From Blepharisma stoltei ATCC 30299 (Eukaryota; Protista; Ciliophora): 64,000 nucleotides of DNA. A program made the translations under genes and the position numbers. Shown piece after piece: positions 49,458 to 61,709 of this stretch. Each line of letters starts with the position of its first letter. The first letter of the stretch is position 1. Where the stretch lies: NCBI GenBank assembly GCA_965603825.1, contig CBFDEM010000050.1, positions 124,001-188,000 of the forward strand, read 5' to 3'. A model generated the notes under the pieces. That model was given only the letters and a program-made list of their open reading frames with translations. It searched no databases and was not told the DNA's origin.

Positions 49458-49856
49458 CTATTTCATTACTTTCAAGAGAGTATATTTCCATCCCTCATCA
49501 CATTCAGGCGGCATTTCATTTCCAACAGGCACATATGTAACCCATCTCCAGCCTGGCCCCCTTGCCCCTCGTGCTCCTTTATCTCCTTGAGGGCCTTGCT
49601 CTCCTCTTGGCCCTTGATCTCCTTGTTCTCCTTGCTCACCCTGTGGCCCTTGCTCTCCTTTTTCCCCTTGTTGACCTTTTTCCCCTTTTTCTCCTTGGTC
49701 ACCTTGGGGTCCTTGCTCACCTCTTGGTCCAGCGTTTCATTCAGCTTCTTCAAGGCCGCATCCACAGTTTGAATCATCTACATCCCCTTCTAAAACCTTT
49801 AGTTTTGAAGCGATAACAACGAATGCTAACGTCATCAGAATCAGAATCTTCACCAT
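49458..49856 (-). CDS. Secreted mini-collagen-like protein (132 aa, 20 Gly-X-Y triplets)
   Basis: MVKILILMTLAFVVIAS signal, CGC, EW(TGA)NA, GPR-GEQ-GPQ..GAR-GPG, short aromatic tail, TAG. Confidence 0.85.
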
Positions 49857-50238
49857 ATTTAAATATAGTAAAGCAAATTGCAACTTAAATTAGCCAATAA
49901 ATCATAATAGATGCCATATATATAATAGTGTATATTCCAAATGGATCAACACAGTGGAATTGGTATCAAATTAGAACGGCACAATATAAAATTATTATAT
50001 TTTAAGTATTTCAGCTGAATGTTTGATTAGTGATCAAGTTTTGATTATGCATTTATCTTATTGAATCATAGTTTATTATATATATTAATTTCGGCCACAA
50101 AGCAAAGAAAGCTATTTAATTATTTAATTCTAGAACATCAATTTTTCTTCCATTTTAATTATCTGATTACTTACTATATGATTATTATAAATAAAAACTT
50201 GGCATTTTAATTATGTTTAATGACAATTGCCTTTATTT

Positions 50239-52692
50239 CTAAAATACAATGCATTTTTCTTTTCCCGAAGAAGATGATGATGATAGATCATTGGGATCAA
50301 TTTCAGTCGAACTATCATTTTTGCTTTTATCTGCTTTCTTTATAGCATCCAGCATTTGCAAAGTTGCAAATGATCTTCTGGTTATTCCTGGACCTCCCCC
50401 TCCTGTCATTCTGGCCACTCCTGGGCCTCCTGTTATTCTGGCCACTCCTTGGCCTCCTGTTATGGTCTTTTTTATGTTATAATTCATCATAGGTGCATTC
50501 AAAGAGGTTTTCAAAACAGGCTTTTGATGCAAATACTTTGGATCCAATAAGTTTTTGGCTGCTATTTCTACAGTTTTGACTTTTATTTTATCCTTTGAAG
50601 TTTCTTGTTTGCAAAGACTTTGCAATTCTTTGATTTTCTTAAGCTCTTCTTCTGCAATTTTTGCTCTTTTGGCAATCTTCGTCATTTTCCTTTCCAATGA
50701 TTTCTTTTCTATGACTAGTTCAGCTTTTTCCTTAGAGATTTGATTATAACTAGCTGAAACTAACTCTAAATTTTTCCCCAGACTAACTGAAATATCTTTT
50801 AAATAATTAAATTCCTTTTTCCAAGTTGATTCCAAATTTCTATAATTTTGTTTTGATTCATCAAGTTCGCATTCAAGCTTGACAATTTTTTCAGATTTTT
50901 TTTGCAGTTCTTTTATTAATTCTTGTTTGTCACCGTTCAATTTTTCTTTGTCTAATTCTACTTCTGATTTAGCTTCAAGCAAATTTTCAAACTCATTGAT
51001 CTTCATTAATAAATTCTCATTTTTAGACATCTCTTCTTCGAGCTGTTCTTTCAAAGCTGATTTAGAAGGAGTGGTATCTCCTAAGAATGGGCTTTGGTCG
51101 TTAAATTCAGACTTTGAATGCAATGCTTCTATTTCACAAAATGACTGCTCCAGATCAAATTTTGTATCACACATATTTCTCATTTCATTCTTTAAATCTT
51201 GGATTTCAGCTGAAAGAATTTCAATTTGTTCATCTTTTTCTTTCAGTAACTCCTCATTTATTGTATTTTTATCTCTAACTTCATTAGTTCTTGATATCAA
51301 AAAATTATAATCCCCTCTAAGTTCTTCAATTTCCTTTTGATTTTCAGCAATGATAGCTCTTAATTTCATATTTTTTTCTACTTCATTAGTCAATCTGGTT
51401 CTGGCTTCTTCTAGCTCTATGACAATATCATCTAAAACAGAAACTTTTGAAATTTCTACTTCACTTTCTTCCTTAGTGTCTTCCTTAAAGTCTTCTTTCG
51501 AATCAGACTTTGTATATGACTCTTCTTTTGAGTCACATTTTGTGTCTGCCTCTTCATAAACAAAAGGTTTCCCTAATTTTTGCTCAAGCATCTCAATTTT
51601 TTTATCTCTCATATGAATATCCTCTTTAGCCTTAGCCAGCATAAGCTTTAATTCTGCAACAGTATACTCTTTATTAACTTTTGCTTTATTTTTAATCGAC
51701 TTTGCTCTGATTCCAAAACGTAGTGTACTAACCGTCTCTGCTTCATTATAAGCAGACGGCGAACATGTAATAATTAACGCAGTTTTTGAATTCCCACCAA
51801 GCGAATCCTGCAGCACTCTCGTTAGCTTTGAATCTCGATAAGGCACATGAGAGCTTTTCCCATCAGTTAATGCATTTATGACCTGTCCCAGGGCAGTCAA
51901 GCTTTTATTGATATTTTTAGCTTCTTCTAATCTCTTTCCTTCAGCCCCCGTTTTTCCAACTTTCTCAGACCCAGCCAAATCCACTAAATACAATTTCCCA
52001 GTTTTTGTTGAAAAATCTAAAGAATTTGTCTGAGATAAAGTCACACAAAATATAGAATGCGACCTTGATGATCCAGCGTTCATATGTGTGTACCCCACTT
52101 CTCTATTGCTTGTACCAATATTCATCAGCTCAAAAACTTCTTCTTCACTTGACACATACCTTTCAGTCAAGTCCTCAATAAAAACTCCTCTTATTTTATC
52201 TTCGTGAATTTTTAAGTTATTCTTAGACGGTTCAAGGAGATCTTTGATTTTTTCCATATAAATTTCGCAATAGCCGACTTTCACTGAAAACTCGATATGG
52301 GAATCTGAATTAAGGATCTTTGAAAAGACGTCGCCAACCATTCTTGGAATGATGCCCATCAAATTCTTATCGCCCAAAACTCCTGTCATAGTAAAAGTTT
52401 TTCCTGAAGAAGTCTGCCCATAAGCAAAGACGGTTCCATTGAATCCTTGCATGATAGCGTCTATAATAGGTCTTGCACCGATTTGGTAGATTTGAGCTTG
52501 AGGAGTTGAAGGGTTAAATACGTAATCATATGAAAACCTTTGCGGCTCTCCTTCGGATTTTATAGCGACAGTTCGATTATCTGGGTCAAAAGTCACACAA
52601 ACTGACTCTTCGATGAGTTTCTCTTTTTCGTTGAGTGGCCGAAAGCGACAAACCACTCGTATATTACCTGAAGATTCATCAGATGGATCCAT
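50239..52692 (-). CDS. Kinesin-1 heavy chain-like protein with C-terminal CaaX
   Basis: GQTSSGKT, LVDLAGSEKVGKTGAEG, HVPYRDSKLTR, coiled-coil stalk; ends KEKCIVF*. Confidence 0.92.
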   Translation of the reverse strand: MDPSDESSGNIRVVCRFRPLNEKEKLIEESVCVTFDPDNRTVAIKSEGEPQRFSYDYVFNPSTPQAQIYQIGARPIIDAIMQGFNGTVFAYGQTSSGKTFTMTGVLGDKNLMGIIPRMVGDVFSKILNSDSHIEFSVKVGYCEIYMEKIKDLLEPSKNNLKIHEDKIRGVFIEDLTERYVSSEEEVFELMNIGTSNREVGYTHMNAGSSRSHSIFCVTLSQTNSLDFSTKTGKLYLVDLAGSEKVGKTGAEGKRLEEAKNINKSLTALGQVINALTDGKSSHVPYRDSKLTRVLQDSLGGNSKTALIITCSPSAYNEAETVSTLRFGIRAKSIKNKAKVNKEYTVAELKLMLAKAKEDIHMRDKKIEMLEQKLGKPFVYEEADTKCDSKEESYTKSDSKEDFKEDTKEESEVEISKVSVLDDIVIELEEARTRLTNEVEKNMKLRAIIAENQKEIEELRGDYNFLISRTNEVRDKNTINEELLKEKDEQIEILSAEIQDLKNEMRNMCDTKFDLEQSFCEIEALHSKSEFNDQSPFLGDTTPSKSALKEQLEEEMSKNENLLMKINEFENLLEAKSEVELDKEKLNGDKQELIKELQKKSEKIVKLECELDESKQNYRNLESTWKKEFNYLKDISVSLGKNLELVSASYNQISKEKAELVIEKKSLERKMTKIAKRAKIAEEELKKIKELQSLCKQETSKDKIKVKTVEIAAKNLLDPKYLHQKPVLKTSLNAPMMNYNIKKTITGGQGVARITGGPGVARMTGGGGPGITRRSFATLQMLDAIKKADKSKNDSSTEIDPNDLSSSSSSGKEKCIVF

Positions 52693-53226
52693 TTTTGAAA
52701 GAATAAGGTCAACATTAAAGATTTAGCAATTGGTGTATTCTTTTAAGGCATTTATGATTATGTAGATTTTGGTATGGATCAGTAAATTAATGTCAAGATT
52801 TTTAAAAGAAGGCTAAGCTGGGAAATATACTACCTGCAATTATTATAAAGAAGGAGAAACTATAATGATAGAGAAATTAATTGTATTTGTTTATATAGAG
52901 AGCATCGCAAATATAAATAAATTATGTGCGAACAAGAAGATCAAAATTTAAAATAAGCTTTAGTTGGTGAAAAAGCTATAAGAAATATGAAATTTCGCAA
53001 GAATTATTGAGAGTTGCGCATTGAGGAATCTAGAGTCTAGTATTTTAAAATTAACTCAATTATAAAATAAAGATTTTAAATTAAAGGCTATTTTTCCAAT
53101 GAAGTATTATTTATGACAAAAATTTTTGAAATCCAAGAATTTAATACCTCATTTTTTTCAATAATCTCTCAACTAATATTCGAATTATTCCATATAAGTT
53201 AAAAAACATTTTTTAAATAGAAACTT

Positions 53227-54417
53227 ATGTCAAAAAGAGTTGATTTTTCTTCCAAATCTTACTTTAACTCATCAGACTCAGATAAAGTTATAAGTAGAGA
53301 AGATTCCATGGATCAATTACGAAATTTTGAGGAAAAAGGTTACACCCCCAAAAGCACAACAATTAAAACAGAATTTCTTGAAAAGTTCAGAAGCGATATG
53401 AAAGAAGCTTCTCGAACAATCAAAAAGCTGCGTACAGAAAACGCAAAGCTAAAAGAAGCTCTCTCAGAATCAGTTGAAAAGTGCAATGACCTTTATCAAC
53501 AATCAATAAAATATCACAAAGCATTTACACAAGAACTTGAAAGGAACAAAAAGCTTGAAGAATCTGCGATTGAATATAATTATTCAAAGCAGCAATTTAA
53601 AGAGTACGAAGGAGTCATAAGTGAAAAAGACAGAAAAATAGGAGACTTACAAAAAAAGAATGAGGAATTAGTTAGGAATATTGAAAAACTGAACCTAGAA
53701 AATGATAAATTTTTCAGTGAACTTTTAAATGCAAATAAATCATTAGAAGGAGAATTGTATTTAGCCAACCCAGCTTTGCATGATGCAAAGAGCTGACAGG
53801 AAATTTATATTCAGTTTGAGACTTTGATTTCAGAAATTAATGACCAAAACGAGTTTTGCAGCATTTTAAAAAAAAATTTAGGACCTTTTGGGCTGTTTAA
53901 AGAGCTTATTAAAGCTCAAAAAAGTGATGAAATAATTACCAAACTTATAAAGTTCATAAGAGAGGCTAATAAGGCAGGGGAAAATAACTCAAACTCCTTA
54001 TATTCCCCAATTTTCACAAATTCTATGCATAAATCAAGAGCTTCTCTCTGCCTAAATATACATAATTGCAATGAATCCTCGTATCGCTTGGCATCCGAAG
54101 AGTCAGGACTAAATTCAAAAAATCAAAGGAATGCCAGTACCAGCATAATAGGAGAAGACTCCTCCCTCCAACTCAGCAGATTTGCCAAGCTAAACCAAGA
54201 GATCTCTGATCTTGTCACAAACAACACTTCTCACGTATCCTTTCTCAAATCTAAAGGACAAGACAAAGCCTTGTCATTCACAAAATCCCTTAGTTCAAGC
54301 ACTTTACCAATAAAAGAACCCCCTCATCGAATTATTTCCCAAGCTTCCTTAGTGAACCACAAATCCAACCTCTCAAATCACGAGAGAAAAAGCCTTATCC
54401 AGACAAAATTTAAATAA
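53227..54417 (+). CDS. Hypothetical coiled-coil protein
   Basis: Two track ORFs joined in frame by TGA at 53794. Confidence 0.75.
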
Positions 54418-54442
54418 TTATAAAAATCGTTCCATAATTAGA

Positions 54443-55312
54443 TTATGCCTTGCCAATCCGGTTCCCCGTTCTTGACATCAAGGAAAACTTCATTAGCCTC
54501 GGATCTTTATACTCCGGCTTCACATTTTTGAAAAATGACCCTGAGGTAGTCCTGAAATGGGTGGACACTGCTTTTACTTGAGTCGGATCTTCAGCTTTTA
54601 CAATGATTTTTGAATTCAATGGGGAGCATGAGTAAAATCTCATATGGTCTCCATATGTAGTGTTTGCATTTAATTTATCTTTTGGTGCAATTGATATTGT
54701 TGAGTTGAATGCTTGAGAAACTGTATAGTCAGTTCTGTAAATGTCAGCTTCGTCTCTTGATACAGGCCGATAGTAGTCGCTGTATGAACTTCTGCCTCTA
54801 AAAGGGATCTCACATGACCTCACAGGGGGGTGGAACCGCTTTTCGTAAACTGGCACTTGGGTTCCCCAATTAGGAAATTCGCTTGCATAGGCTGTTCTGC
54901 AGGAAAAGTTTGCTTTAACTGGAGACACAGGAGACTCTTCAGTTTGTTTTGGAGTGACTGTAAACGGCTTGAAATCATGCTGGTTTGTTGTTTGGAAGTC
55001 CATTTTCAGCTTGTTAGGGCGAAATCTTTTAGGCTCATGCTTTATTGGAGAGTCGAAGCCTAAATGCTGATAATCGTGGCTGTATTTGGTTTTAAAGGTC
55101 GATCTAAGATAAAGATCTTGCTTGTTGCCTGGACAAGCATGTTGCCCACATTCACAATATTTGCAAAGACACAAACCAACTTTGTGGTCGTTTTCTGATA
55201 CTATTCCAATTGATGGGTCTGACAATGGACAGTTCTTCATATCTACCATCATTTCAGCTTGTGGAGAGGAAAAGGATCGCCTTTTAGATGGGTTTGCAGT
55301 GCTTGGAGGCAT
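54443..55312 (-). CDS. SAXO/MAP6-like microtubule-stabilising protein
   Basis: CLCKYCECGQHACP motif and repeated T.Y..DY/F units. Confidence 0.75.
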   Translation of the reverse strand: MPPSTANPSKRRSFSSPQAEMMVDMKNCPLSDPSIGIVSENDHKVGLCLCKYCECGQHACPGNKQDLYLRSTFKTKYSHDYQHLGFDSPIKHEPKRFRPNKLKMDFQTTNQHDFKPFTVTPKQTEESPVSPVKANFSCRTAYASEFPNWGTQVPVYEKRFHPPVRSCEIPFRGRSSYSDYYRPVSRDEADIYRTDYTVSQAFNSTISIAPKDKLNANTTYGDHMRFYSCSPLNSKIIVKAEDPTQVKAVSTHFRTTSGSFFKNVKPEYKDPRLMKFSLMSRTGNRIGKA

Positions 55313-55382
55313 TTTAGATAATAATTATAAGGCAGTTATTAATAAAACACTACAGAGAATTATTCCTTAACTTTTAAAGTTT

Positions 55383-56615
55383 TTATTTAATCCATTGCAT
55401 GATTGCTGCGGCTTGATCCATTGAAGTACTTACAAAGCCACTAATACGTTGCGAGTTGTTTATATATGACGAAAGCGATGTGACACGTTGCTTGAATAAA
55501 TGGACAGGAGAAATATATTTCGCTTCTGTACCTTGAAGAGCAAAGATGTGAATTTTCCCGTTTGCGTCTCCTAATAATAAATGCAGCTCATTTCTTAAGT
55601 TTGACATAATAAGTAAAGATGATATTTCTGAACGTGCTTTTCCAGTATTTGCTAACTCCCATCCAGAAAAATTGTTTTCAGAATCCCAACATAGAACTCT
55701 TCCATCTTGTCCGCCACTTAAAACATAACGATCAAAAGTAATTAGACAATTTGCGGTGCCATTGTGAATTGGATCTAGGACTCCGAGATAACTAGCACTA
55801 TTTTGTTTGAAATCGTATGTTCATCCAATTACATAACCTAAGTTAGTTGCTGCTAATAATGTTTCTCCTATGACTTTTACTGATGTGATAAAGTTCTGGT
55901 TGATTATAGATGGATCGGGCCTTATTAAGGTCCCAAAATTATATTGCGTTCCATTATAATACCAAACTCCTACCGAACAATCTAAAGAGCCTGTGAAAAT
56001 TAGCCCACATGACTCTGTAATATCTGTAATTCCTCCTGCATGCCCTTGAGGAAATAATTCCGGGTTCCCAGATTGTGTATTGATTCCTCCTAGCAATTGG
56101 GACCCGTCCTGGCTGACTCCTCCAAACAATAAATAATTAAAATTCTGTGGCATATTATTGATGACAATATTTGCTGTGTAGTAGAGTTTTTGGATCTGCC
56201 CACTCACTGGAAACTCCAAAACTTGGCTGCCAGTATAGACGTTAATGATTTTGATTGAACCATTTACGAGAGCCACAGCAATCTGCTCTTCATTAATGAC
56301 TACAGCCGAAGCAATAGGAGCGTTCACTGTGAAGCGCTGAACTCCTGTTATGCTGTCATTGTATGAGTACTTGTGAACAAATCCACAATTTGGCTTGTTG
56401 CATATACCTTGCTGGAAAAATTTGCATAACTTTTGGTTTCCTTGGGGCTTATTTCTGTCGTCACGTCTTGGTCGATAATCAGAATGTCCTCTTCCTCTGC
56501 CTGAACCTTGGTCTCCTCCTCGTCCTCTGCCAAATCCTCCTCTTTGATTCTTAAATCCTCCTCTGCCACCTGAAGGATAGTTATTATAGTTACCTTGATT
56601 TGGGAAAGAGCTCAT
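55383..56615 (-). CDS. RGG plus CCCH zinc finger plus WD40 protein
   Basis: RGG tract, CKFFQQGICNKPNCGFVH, TGSLDCSVGVW and SGGQDGRVLCWD; TGA at 55821 is in frame. Confidence 0.85.
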
Positions 56616-56718
56616 TTTATTATTAGCATAGACATTAAAAACACATTTATGCTCAAAGTTTATAAAAATCAGATTTTTATTGTTTTTTGGTTTTTTTGTA
56701 GTTAAAAAAATTCATTGA

Positions 56719-57792
56719 TTAGTGTTGTTTTCGGTACAGCTCAAGCTCTTTTCTCAAAGATTTTTGTAGCTCGGGCTCTGGCTTAGGCTGTTGGCTTAAA
56801 ACTTCAAGCTGCTTTTCCAAGGCTTCGATGAGTAAACTTTGAAGCTCTTTTTTAGATTTCTTAAAATAAAAATCAAAACATGGACAAGTCTCAGCAGGCC
56901 TTAAATCGTGGATTTTCCCTAAATGAGTCATATATAATCCTGGGTAACCAGGGACTTCTTTTACCTTTTCTAAGCCATCAACTTCAATAGACTCGATGCT
57001 CCAATTTTCTTTGCTGACAAGCCTCAGATTATTTTGCCTTAGTCCTGGATTATAATTATAATTTGCGGGTGGCCAATCTTCATTAATATACCACCATCTT
57101 ACTAATATTTTTGTCACGATTTCTGCCTTTTCTCTATCTTCTCTTGACGAATATTCTTTGAACTGTATATATTTTTTAGAATTATCAACACTTTTTGTTT
57201 TCTTTTTCTTCTCAACTATTTCTTCGTATTTTTCTTGTATTTTCTTTTCCTTTTTCTCATGCTTTTTCTCATGCTTTTTGCTGTGCTTTTTTGACTTTTT
57301 TTCTTTATCTGTTTTTTCTTTTTTGGGGACTTCAGGGATCAGTCCTCGTGCCCTTTTCTCTTCTAATGCTTGTTTGCCGACTAAGATTTTTTTGGGCTCT
57401 TCGTTTTCATTACGATCTTCATTTTCAGAGGCAAATCTGGATGACTCTGATATGCTGCTGGTATCTGAAGCACTTTCTTCACTACTACTTGAAGGCTTGC
57501 GCTTACGGGCTTTGCGTGCCTCGCCTTCTTCATCGGTGGAATGTGCAGACTCTGAGGAACTAACTGGAGGTCCATATTTGTCATATTCTACTTTGTCAGT
57601 GATTCAATCTTCTAAGGAGGAATCGTCTTCATGTAGTGGTTTTGCATTCGGAGATCCCATTATCTTGCCGATGCTATCTTTAGATAAGGAAGCTCCAGAT
57701 TTTTTTGGAATGAAATCTTCTTTAAATGTAGGAGATTCATCCTTTCCACGTACAAGCTTTTTTAATCTTTTGCGAGGTTTGGAATCTGCCAT
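56719..57792 (-). CDS. Hypothetical protein with Lys/Glu-rich N-half and ILVRWWY..DWP C-domain
   Basis: TGA at 57604 links ORF 57604-57792 to ORF 56719-57117 in one frame. Confidence 0.75.
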
Positions 57793-58530
57793 TGATAAGA
57801 TTGTGGCAAATTTTATTATTGATATGTATCCATTTGCGGGAAATAACTAAATTAATTTTAAATTTTGCAAGTGAGTAAAACTAAATCAAAATTTAAGACA
57901 AGTTTATTTCAATAAATGAAATTTTTGATTTTAGTGCTGATTCGTACAAAATAATTTCTTCAATTATTTTGATTATAGATCATAGCAATTTTAAAGTAAA
58001 TCTGTGCAATTTTAATAATCTATGGTCATAAGATTTTTCAGCCGAAAATCAAACTTTAATTCTAAATTTCTAAATTTTCTGTTCAAGATTTCGATATGGA
58101 ATAAGTAATTTTAATTATATTTTTAAAGTTTCATATTTATTCTAAAAATAAAGCAGCTATCACTACTATAATTTTTTATTGATTTCTATACTGTTTAGCT
58201 TGCATGCAGCATTCTAGGATAGTAACTTTTTCATTATTTAAGAGAATGAGCATTCAATATTCTAATCTCAAATCATATAAATCATATGAAAATGTATATC
58301 AAAAATTAAACTGTCGAAACAAATTCGGGAGTCAATAGATATTAACAGCTGGACCTAAACAATAAAAATTTTTCATAAAATGGACACCATTTTGTAATCC
58401 CAAGGCACGACCTTTTACCTTAATTCTTTACCATTTTATGTTCTAAGGCTATATATCAGATTATTCTTAGCTGCTAATGTAAAAGACACTTAAATTAAAA
58501 TTTAATTTAGATATAGATTTAAGATATATA

Positions 58531-61500
58531 ATGAATTTCTCGATACCAAAGCCTCACATCAGCCCTTTATCTCCCAACCTGAACTTCACCCCAGAGCAGA
58601 TCCATCAGCTTCACCAGCAAATTCAAGCATTCAAGACCCTAAACAACAGCCAAACCTTATCCTCTAGCCAAATCACGCACATAAAAAGACTCAGCTCAGA
58701 AGAGTGAGAAAAATTCAATTTTGCCCACTCAAGGCTGCTGACTCAATCCAAAGCTCGCCAGGTCCAAGAAACCTATGACACATCCAACCGCCAAGTTCCA
58801 GGTAAAATTGAGCCTAAAACAGTTTCGTTTTACTACGAACTTCGCCTAAAAGAGCTTGATCGTCTTTTACTGGGAGAGATGGATCCTGAAATTCGAGATG
58901 AGATCATGAAAGAAAAATACATGATCAAGCTGAGGGACCTTCAGAACAAGCTCAGGAAAAAAGTCCTTGAAGAGTGGCACATGAGAGGGGAAACCCAAAA
59001 AGATCAGAGCCACAAAGCATTGGAGCTAAGTCTTCTAGATAGAGATTTCTATATGAGAGTTGGGCAGAGACCAGATATCCGAGCTAAACAAGAAGCAAAA
59101 ATCATCAGCAGATATGAGCAATCTATGAGAAATGGCCTTGAGCATAAGAAAAAAACCCGCGAAAGAGAGTTTTTGTGTGAGCTTATGAATCATCATCGCG
59201 AGTTTTTTGAGTTCCATAAAAAGAAACACTCTATTTATAGGAAAAATATTTATGGAAGCAAAAGCCAGTTAGATTTAGCTGACAGAAAAGAAATGGCTGA
59301 GCAAGAAAAAGCAGACAGGGAAAGGCTTAGGATTTTGAGAGAAAATGATATGTCCACTTATATTGATATGCTTGCGACTGCTAAGAATGAAAGACTGCTG
59401 AAGATTCTTGAACAGACTGACGGGTTCTTGAGGAAATTAGGCGCAAAAGTGCTAGTACAAAAAGGAGAGACAAAAGAAGATGATTTGATCCCTGAAGAAC
59501 AGCAAACTGAAAGCATCACAGATAAACTTAAAAAGTCGTCCAGCATGTATTATGAAATCACACACACGATTAATGAAGAAATCAAAGAGCAGCCTAAAGG
59601 AATTGAAGGGGGCCAGCTGAAGTCTTATCAGCTTATAGGCTTACAATGGCTGATATCACTTTATAACAATAAGCTCCATGGAATTTTGGCAGATGAAATG
59701 GGGCTGGGGAAAACTATACAAACAATTTCGCTTTTCCAATATTTGATTGATAGTAAAAACAACCATGGGCCATTCTTAGTCGTGACACCTTTGTCGACTG
59801 TCTCAAACTGGGTTTTAGAGTTCAAAAGATGGACGCCAAAAATCAAAGTCGTGATATACAAAGGCCCTCCTGCTCATAGAAAACAAATCATTAATACTGC
59901 ATTAACTTCACGCAAGTTCAACGTCTTGTTAACTACATATGAGTATATAATTAAAGACAAGCAGCAGCTCAGCAAAGTCCACTGGTCTTATATTGTGGTC
60001 GATGAAGGCCACAGAATGAAAAACGCCAAATCAAAATTTGCACAGATTTTAGGACTCCAGTACCAGTCTGACCATAGACTCTTACTGACTGGGACGCCTC
60101 TTCAAAACAACTTAGCTGAGCTGTGGGCATTGCTTAACTTTTTGCTTCCCAGCATTTTTAATTCATTGGACGATTTTGAAAAATTCTTTAACCAGCCTTT
60201 TTCGAAAATTCCTGGAGAAAAGAGTCTTGAGCTGAATGAAGAAGAAAGCTTGCTGGTCATTAACCGTCTCCACCAAGTCCTCAGACCCTTTTTGCTGAGA
60301 AGAGTCAAAAAAGAAGTCGAAGCTGAGCTGCCAGATAAAGTTGAATTCGTGCTCAAAGTAGAGCTCAGTTCCTGGCAGAAAAGGCTTTACAAAGATATTC
60401 AGGACAAAGAGTTCATCAGCAGAGAAAGCAGCTCATGGAAATGCAAAACTCTTAATAACTCTGTGATGCAGCTTAGAAAAGTCTGCAACCATCCTTACTT
60501 GTTTTTGAACCCTGATCAGATAAATGTCATAGATGATGAAATTTGGCGATGCTCAGGTAAATTTGAACTTCTAGACAGAATGCTGCCGAAATTCATAGCA
60601 TGTGGACACAAAATTCTGATTTTCACACAAATGACTCAATTAATGGATATCATGGCTCTTTATTTTGACTACAGAGGATTTCGATATCTCCGCTTAGATG
60701 GGTCTACCAAAGTAGAAGACCGTGACGCACGAATGTCGCTTTTTAACGCTCCCAATTCCGAATACCGCATTTTCTTGCTGTCAACCAGAGCTGGCGGTTT
60801 AGGTTTAAATTTGCAGACAGCTGACACAGTAATTATATATGACTCTGACTGGAATCCAATGATGGATTTACAAGCTCAAGACCGAGCTCACAGAATTGGC
60901 CAAAAACAAGTGGTGAGGGTCTATAGACTAGTCACAAACACAAAAATCGAAGAAACTATCCTTACCAAGGCAGCTTATAAAAAAGACGTCGATGCCAAAG
61001 TTATCCAAGCTGGGCTTTTTAACACCAAAGCAACTGATAAAGAAAGAAACGAAAGACTAAGAAATTTATTAAGAAGCGAAGAAAGCGACGATAGCAACGA
61101 CGAAGACGAATTCCTCGATGACGCCACTTTAAATAAAAATATTTCAAGAAATGAAGACGAGTTGAATATATTCGAACAGATGGACTATGAAAGACGGCAA
61201 AAAGAGCCTTATAAAGTCAGACTTATACAAGATGAAAAACTCCCTGAGTGGCTAACTATTCAGGAAACTTATAGAAAAGACATTTTTGAGTATGGTAGAG
61301 GAATGAGGCAGAGGAAAAATATTGTATATACTGACTTCGGAGATTACGATATACCAAGAGAAGGCAGAAAAAGAAATGGCTCACCGCTGGAAGACACAGG
61401 AAGCAAAAGGTCGAAGTATTCGGAGTCTGAAGAAGGATCTGAAGTAGGGTCAGAGGTTTCTGAAGGAGCAAGCTCAGGGATGAAAATTACAATATCCAAT

Positions 61501-61632
61501 GGAAAATTAATGAACGAGACTGAATCGGACCTGAGTGGCATTGAAGAAGGACTGATAGAAGAAGATGAAATATATGAACCAATGGATAATGATAGCAATA
61601 TGGACACTGATACGAATCAAGCAATGGCTTAA
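58531..61632 (+). CDS. SNF2: SNF2/BRG1-type chromatin-remodelling ATPase (QLQ, HSA, ATPase; no bromodomain)
   Basis: True start at 58531 adds the QLQ motif FTPEQIHQLHQQIQAFKTL via one TGA; ILADEMGLGKT, DEGHRMKN, QAQDRAHRIGQ and YGRGMRQRK. Confidence 0.93.
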
Positions 61633-61709
61633 TACATAATAATAGTCTTTACTTGAGGTTAAAATTGCATATAATTAAATGATAAATCATCAAATATTTT
61701 TTGTGTAAT

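Noticed and set aside
49472-49816. Track ORFs 49472-49777 (-), 49443-49772 (+) and 49562-49816 (+)
   Set aside because: Off-frame or antisense readings of the Gly-X-Y repeat. Only the 49856 frame has a signal peptide and Gly at every third residue.
58176-58440. Minus-strand open stretch (~80 codons with TGA=W) upstream of SNF2
   Set aside because: No recognisable motif and no convincing start or 15-nt intron; left as intergenic.
61000-61632. Missing bromodomain in SNF2/BRG1
   Set aside because: Already known for ciliate BRG1-like proteins; not novel.
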